Shown here in pieces: positions 58,191 through 64,000 of a stretch of 64,000 bases of DNA (position 1 is the stretch's first letter; every line of letters begins with the position of its first letter). Below the pieces are notes generated by a model that ran no database searches, had not been told where the DNA came from, and was given only the letters and a program-made list of their open reading frames with translations. The translations under genes and the position numbers were made by a program. Source of the stretch: Octopus vulgaris (Eukaryota); the NCBI GenBank assembly GCA_951406725.2, contig OX597814.1, forward strand, positions 4,836,001 through 4,900,000. The letters are read 5' to 3'.

Positions 58191-58641
58191 TAGACTTGAT
58201 TATTCTCAGAAAAAAAAGGGAAACGGCGTTGGAGTAACAATAATATTCCTGATGAAACGTCTTGCCCTTTGCAATTTGAATAAAATTCCACTGGCTTTAA
58301 TTTACCTTTAATGCCTTTATAATTTGTGAGGTGATGAGATTAATGGTAATCTACCGCCCCGACCCCGACCCACTTCCTCACTCCAAAAGGTGTGTTCTTG
58401 TAGCCATGCGGTACCTCGTTATAATGGAAATGGTGGGGAATTCTGCTAGAAGCAGCAGAGCGGTGGATAGAAACGCGCGTTTTATCAAGAATCTGAATTC
58501 CTACAGAATCATTGCGGAGGCAAATGTACAAATCTTCAAAAGGGGTTTTAAACTTGGGCAAAACCCAGGATTTCTGTCTTATCACACCCACACTCTATTC
58601 CTCTTTATCTTTGTCACGAGGTGTCCTTCCTTTTGGTAAGA

Positions 58642-59056
58642 GGCGCAGGAGTGGCTGTGTGGTAAGTAGCTTGTTTACCAACCACATGGTTCCGGGTTCA
58701 GTCTCACTGCGTAGCACCTTAGGCAAGTGTCTTCTACTATAGCCTTGGGCCGACCAATGCCTTGTGAGTGGATTTGGTAGACGGAAACTGAAAGAAGCCT
58801 GTCGTATATATGTATATATATATATGTGTGTGTGTGTGTTTTGTGTGTCTGTGTTTGTCCCCCTAGCATTGCTTGACAACCGATGCTGGTGTGTTTATGT
58901 CTCCGTTACTTAGCGGTTCGGCAAAAGAGACCCGATAGAATAAGTACTGGGCTTACAAAAAGAATAAGTCCCGGGGTCGAGTTGCTCGATTAAAGGCGGT
59001 GCTCCAGCATGGCCGCAGTCAAAATGACTGAAACAAGTAAAAGAGAATAAAAGAGA
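58642..59056 (+). mobile_element. SINE family A
   Basis: Full-length copy beginning ggcgcaggagtggctgtgtggtaag. Confidence 0.88.
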
Positions 59057-59493
59057 AAATACCACGATACAATTTTTAAGTAGATTTGATTGCTATCTTT
59101 AGCAAGTCAATCGGCAGATTGGCCACGCTCTTGTAACTTCCTGAAACCCATATATTTATTAGTTGTGACTGTAGCAAAGAACAGACTCGAGCCTTTGAAG
59201 TCTCGTTGAAGTTTCGTTTCAAGACTCATTGAAGTCTCATTGAAGTCTCATTGAAGTCTCGGCGTAATACAGTATTTCTTCTGCAAACTAACGACCTGAA
59301 AATAAAACAAAACTTAATCGGGATTCGATTAACTGCGGCTTCCTACGTTGATTTGATTTACGATATTTACTTGGTGCTGCCGAGCTGCTGCAAGTTCACG
59401 AAATATATGCCCCCCCACCCACCCGCTCCACACACACACGGACAAAGATAAGCATATACAGACACACAAAGATATACATGTATGTATGTATGT

Positions 59494-59548
<55 letters not shown>

Positions 59549-59590
59549 GTGTGTGTGCTTGTTTGTGTGTATATTTATATGTATGTATGC

Positions 59591-59622
<32 letters not shown>

Positions 59623-59648
59623 TTGTGTGTACATATAAATATACCCAC

Positions 59649-59716
<68 letters not shown>

Positions 59717-59746
59717 ACATACATATAAATATACACACAAACAAGC

Positions 59747-59804
<58 letters not shown>

Positions 59805-60099
59805 ATGTATGTATGTATGTATGTATGTATGTACGTACGTACGTACGCATATTCATTCATAGAGACGTTTCCACCTGCGCATTTACAAACATAATTATCT
59901 GGATCTAAAAGATTGGTTGACTAAATATTTACGTAGGAAAACTCCCTTGCGTGTGTGTTCATGCTCAGTGTGTCGATAGAAATGGACCTGCACGTGCATG
60001 CACGCAAGCATCTATCTATTTATCTATTTATCTGTCTGTCTGTCTGTCTACCTACCTACCTACCTACCTATCGATCTATCTATCTGTCTATCTATCTAC

Positions 60100-60215
60100 C
60101 TTTTTTTTATTCTTTTGTTTTTTGTTTTTTGTTGTTTTTTTCATCCCCCAAAAGAAAAGCTCTACCTTGTAACTTGTCCCATCTGTGTGCAGCCCTGTGT
60201 GGCCAATAAAGAAAC
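60100..60215 (+). mobile_element. LINE 3' end fragment in (TATC)n
   Basis: catcccccaaaagaaaagctctaccttgtaacttgtcccatctgtgtgcagccctgtgtggccaataaagaaac is identical to the end of 63487-63760. Confidence 0.65.
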
Positions 60216-60266
<51 letters not shown>

Positions 60267-60403
60267 CCTACCTACCTACCTACCTACCTACCTACCTGTC
60301 TATCTATCTATCTGTCTGTCTGTCTATCCGCCTGCCTATCTACCTACTTACCTATCTATCTGTATATCTGTCTGTCTACCTACCTACCTACCTATCTATC
60401 TAT

Positions 60404-60745
60404 CGTGTTTAATGATGCACAGACATGCGCTGAGACTGCGACGTCTCCTTAGTTTCACTGACGACGGTGAACAGGTGTGGTCGCCGTTTGTGAGACGCGC
60501 CTTCCCGCCGCTCGTCTCTTTGACCGAACTGCAATCATGGATCCAGCAGAGACCGAGGCTGGGCGAATGGCACCGCGAGTGTCGCCAAGCTCTGGAGCAG
60601 CTTTGCCGTCCGAGTTCAGACTTGTGTAACTTCAAATCCACCAAGGCGTTCTATAGAGGACTAGTGAAGGTGCGGTCCGATGACATTTTGGGGGGAGAAT
60701 CTGGGCGTCGACAGGAAATACCTGACCTGCCTCTTCATGAAGCAA
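60404..60745 (+). mobile_element. Probable internal ORF2 fragment of an L1/Tx1-clade LINE (post-RT region)
   Basis: Complex peptide [13 protein letters not shown]...QVWSPFVRRAFP...WHRECRQAL...STKAFYRGL begins abruptly after (TATC)n. The clade assignment is from pattern recall only. Confidence 0.4.
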
Positions 60746-61080
60746 GCAGTAACATCGAAAGCTGTGAATAAAAGCAGTCAGTGTGGAAAATGTGGAAGAA
60801 TCAGTCTTCCTCTTGCTGGTTTCACGAACCGCATGAAAAAGCATGATGCTCTGAAGCAGGTAAAGTATATCCGGCAACATGTTTCAGGTGTAACATGAAG
60901 GCGGAAGCTTGAAGAGGCATTTATGAAGTCACACAAGGAAAGGGGCTCAAGAAGACATACTAACACCCTTGCGTATTACAGTGAAATTTACACATACACA
61001 GATACATACACACATACATATACATATGTTTTTGTTATATGGACTTTTCTACTTTTATATATATATATATATATATATAT

Positions 61081-61300
61081 AACGGGAAGGCTTACGAAAA
61101 TAAACAAAAGACGAAGGCAGGTGGAGTAAAAACAAACGAATGCATTTAGTATGGCGCTCAGGAATAGAAATAGAACAAGTCTTTTACGTTTCGAGCCTAC
61201 GCTCTTCAACAGAAAGATACACAGAAAAGAAACAAGGAGAGAAACAAGGAAAGAAAAAAATGCGTGTAGGAGCTAACGATCTATCATGGCGTTTTGACTT
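61081..61300 (-). mobile_element. Family H repeat (subfamily 2) with a minimal hammerhead
   Basis: UCUUU-CUGUUGA-A-GAGC-guag-GCUC-GAAACGUA-AAAGA at 61217-61180. Confidence 0.7.
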
Positions 61301-61509
61301 CGGGCAGAGGTCAGAGGTCAGAGGTCAGACGTTAGACGCTAGAGGGACAGTAGGGGCGATAACAGGTGATGTGTAATGTTGTATGGTGTAGTGTGGTGTG
61401 GTGTGATGTTGTGGGGAGGTGGGGGCGAGAGTGGGGAAAGCCCATGTGGGGTGTGGGTTCGGCTGGGGGTTGGGGTAGAGTGGGGGTTGTGAGGAGAGTG
61501 AGAGGGGGA

Positions 61510-61564
<55 letters not shown>

Positions 61565-61565
<1 letters not shown>

Positions 61566-61766
61566 GACCGCGTGTGTATCGTTAGCGATTTTCTTTCTCC
61601 GTCTTCCCTTCCTTGGGCCTTTCTTTTCCCTATGTTTCTGACGAAGAGCTCCGCTCGAAACGTTAAGTCCTCCTTCTTTCTTTCCTTTCCTGAGCGTCCA
61701 ATAACACTATACTTATTCCACGCCCTAGCGTTGTTGTGTTTTCTCTTTGTGTTTTCATGTTTGGAG

Positions 61767-61770
<4 letters not shown>
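61565..61770 (+). mobile_element. Family H repeat with a minimal hammerhead
   Basis: gtttCTGACGAaGAGCtccGCTCGAAACGTtaag at about 61634-61667; (TA)n on both sides. Confidence 0.7.
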
Positions 61771-61808
<38 letters not shown>

Positions 61809-62104
61809 TAAATTAGAGATAAAACCACTATTAGGCAAATCAAACATACACACACATATATATATATATATATTTGTATATATATATTTAAAATTTATAA
61901 GTTTAAATCATTTAGATATTTTTTTTAATTTTTAACTTTTATATTTTTAAATTAATTTTATGTATTGGCTTGTGTTTTTCACTGTTTGATTTGCCTAATA
62001 GTGGTTTTATCTCTAATTTAATATAATATAATATATTTATACTATAAAATTGGATTTAATCCTAAATCTAATTTTTTCCTGTAAGTTTGGATTTATTCCC
62101 TTAT

Positions 62105-62172
<68 letters not shown>

Positions 62173-62592
62173 TACATATGTGTGTGCATCAGTATATATC
62201 AAATATTCATAGGAATAGTTGATATATATATATACCTATACATATACATATTTCTATATATACATATATATACATATACATATTTGTCTGTCTATATATA
62301 TAGAGAGAGAGAGAGAGAAATAGAAATAGAGAGAAAAAGAGAGATACATATCTGTACACACACATATGTATATATGTATGTATAGGCGTGTGTGGTGTGT
62401 GTGTGTGTGTTTGTATGTCTGTATGTATACGTTCGTGCATATTCATGTGCCCAGTGTTTGATCGATCCTTCGATATTGCTGTCTCGCCGTGAGTATTATA
62501 ATTCTGGTATCGATGACGTGCAACAGATGAAGATGACGGAACGACTTTCCGGTAGGGATTCCACCATTATAACCCTATCAATCATTGCTTCA

Positions 62593-62653
<61 letters not shown>

Positions 62654-62877
62654 TCAATATAGGGTGGCAAAAGAAAAATTTTTGTAGAATTCTTTCGCCA
62701 CCAGCGGCCTAGTAGGAAAAAATTAAATAGTCATAAACTATTTTTACGTTCAACATCACAATCAAGGAACGGCCATAATAGGCCATTCACCCACTAGAAA
62801 TAACAGCCAAAAGCTTTAACCGCAAAATAACATTAATTCTGTAAACCAGGAGAAAATTGAAAAACTTTTACCCTGTA

Positions 62878-62984
62878 ATTTCTTAGACGATGCACCGTTT
62901 CATCTACCGTTTAATGGTAAACTAACCTGATTAAATTAAATCAAGCCAATCCACCATAGGCCCTTAGACTCATCAGTAAGAAAT
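62878..62984 (-). ncRNA. Type I hammerhead ribozyme, copy 1
   Basis: Exact reverse complement of 63164-63270. Confidence 0.85.
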
Positions 62985-63163
62985 AGCCAAGTCGGAACAG
63001 ATATTTTTCACGAGGCATTCCTCTTGCTACCTCGGCAATATCTGACCTAAAATTTTCAAATCGTCGCACTCGCGCCAAATTTATCGGCAGCAAATAAATA
63101 TAAGCCACCGATTCCATTACGGAACTAACCAGAAAATTCATAATTAATCAATATAGGGTGGCT

Positions 63164-63270
63164 ATTTCTTACTGATGAGTCTAAGGGCCTATGGTGGATT
63201 GGCTTGATTTAATTTAATCAGGTTAGTTTACCATTAAACGGTAGATGAAACGGTGCATCGTCTAAGAAAT
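63164..63270 (+). ncRNA. Type I hammerhead ribozyme, copy 2; predicted cleavage after GUC at 63262
   Basis: Stem I AUUUCUUA/UAAGAAAU (8 bp), core CUGAUGA, stem II GUCUA/UAGAU with a 19-bp hairpin extension, GAAA, and near-palindromic stem III ACGGUGCAUCGU ending in the GUC triplet. Confidence 0.85.
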
Positions 63271-63388
63271 TACAGGGTAAAAGTTTTTCAATTTTCTCCT
63301 GGTTTACAGAATTAATGTTATTTTGCGGTTAAAGCTTTTGGCTGTTATTTCTAGTGGGTGAATGGCCTATTATGGCCGTTCCTTGATT

Positions 63389-63451
<63 letters not shown>

Positions 63452-63452
63452 G

Positions 63453-63484
<32 letters not shown>

Positions 63485-63486
63485 TA

Positions 63487-63760
63487 TCTGTGATACACGA
63501 TCCCTATTGATCGTTTTTTTCCTCTTACCCTCTTTTTTCCTCTTTTTTCTTCTTTTTTCCTTTTTTTTTCTTTTTTCCTTTTCCTTTTTTTTGTTCTTTT
63601 TTTCCTTTTACGATCCCTTTTGATCGAAAACCTACGCCACCTTTTTTTTGTTTCTTTTGTTTTTTTTGTTTTTTGTTTTTTTTTTTCATCCCCCAAAAGA
63701 AAAGCTCTACCTTGTAACTTGTCCCATCTGTGTGCAGCCCTGTGTGGCCAATAAAGAAAC
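63487..63760 (+). mobile_element. LINE 3' UTR-like fragment ending in aataaagaaac followed by (TC/TATC)n
   Basis: Homologous to 14522-14786 and 60100-60215. Confidence 0.6.
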
Positions 63761-63847
63761 TTCTCTCTCTCTCTCTCTCTATCTATCTATTTATCTATCT
63801 ATCTATCTCTATCTCTCTATCTATCTATCTATTTATCTATCTATCTA

Positions 63848-63890
<43 letters not shown>

Positions 63891-63947
63891 CTATCTCTCT
63901 ATCTCTCTATCTATCTATCTCTATCTCTCTCTCTCTCTATCTATCTA

Positions 63948-63979
<32 letters not shown>

Positions 63980-64000
63980 TCTATCTATCTATCTCTATCT

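Larger units (their letters stand above)
62650..63393. mobile_element. Hammerhead-containing retroelement: 494-nt unit with terminal redundancy plus an inverted ~235-bp partial copy (retrozyme or PLE pseudo-LTR-like)
   Basis: Direct repeat taatcaatatagggtggc at 62651-62668 and 63145-63162; inverted repeat 62756-62989 / 63159-63393; (TA)n on both flanks. Confidence 0.75.

Overview
AT-rich, microsatellite-dense eukaryotic DNA. It is most likely octopus (cephalopod), inferred from the SINE families and repeat landscape and not database-checked. One host gene is supported: a Ras-family small GTPase of Rhes/RASD/DIRAS type whose CDS lies in a single exon (22031-22714, +). Nearly everything else is transposon-derived. 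The larger elements are a 5'-truncated R4/Dong-type non-LTR retrotransposon inside (TAA)n, further restriction-like-endonuclease (RLE) relics, a near-intact CR1-group LINE, a Neptune-type Penelope-like element (PLE) and a full-length DD41D Tc1/mariner relic. Smaller elements include a non-autonomous Helitron, several MITEs and three tRNA-derived SINE families. The most notable hidden signal is RNA structure. (i) A canonical type I hammerhead ribozyme with a long G-U-rich stem II extension sits in a 494-nt terminally redundant unit with an inverted partial copy (62.65-63.39 kb), resembling a retrozyme or PLE terminal repeat. (ii) A dispersed family of (TA)n-embedded short elements carries minimal hammerheads with compensatory stem changes. 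(iii) SINE and LINE 3' tails share a covarying stem-loop. Different retroelement families also appear to sit in different microsatellite types. Most ORFs in the supplied track are microsatellite or SINE artefacts.
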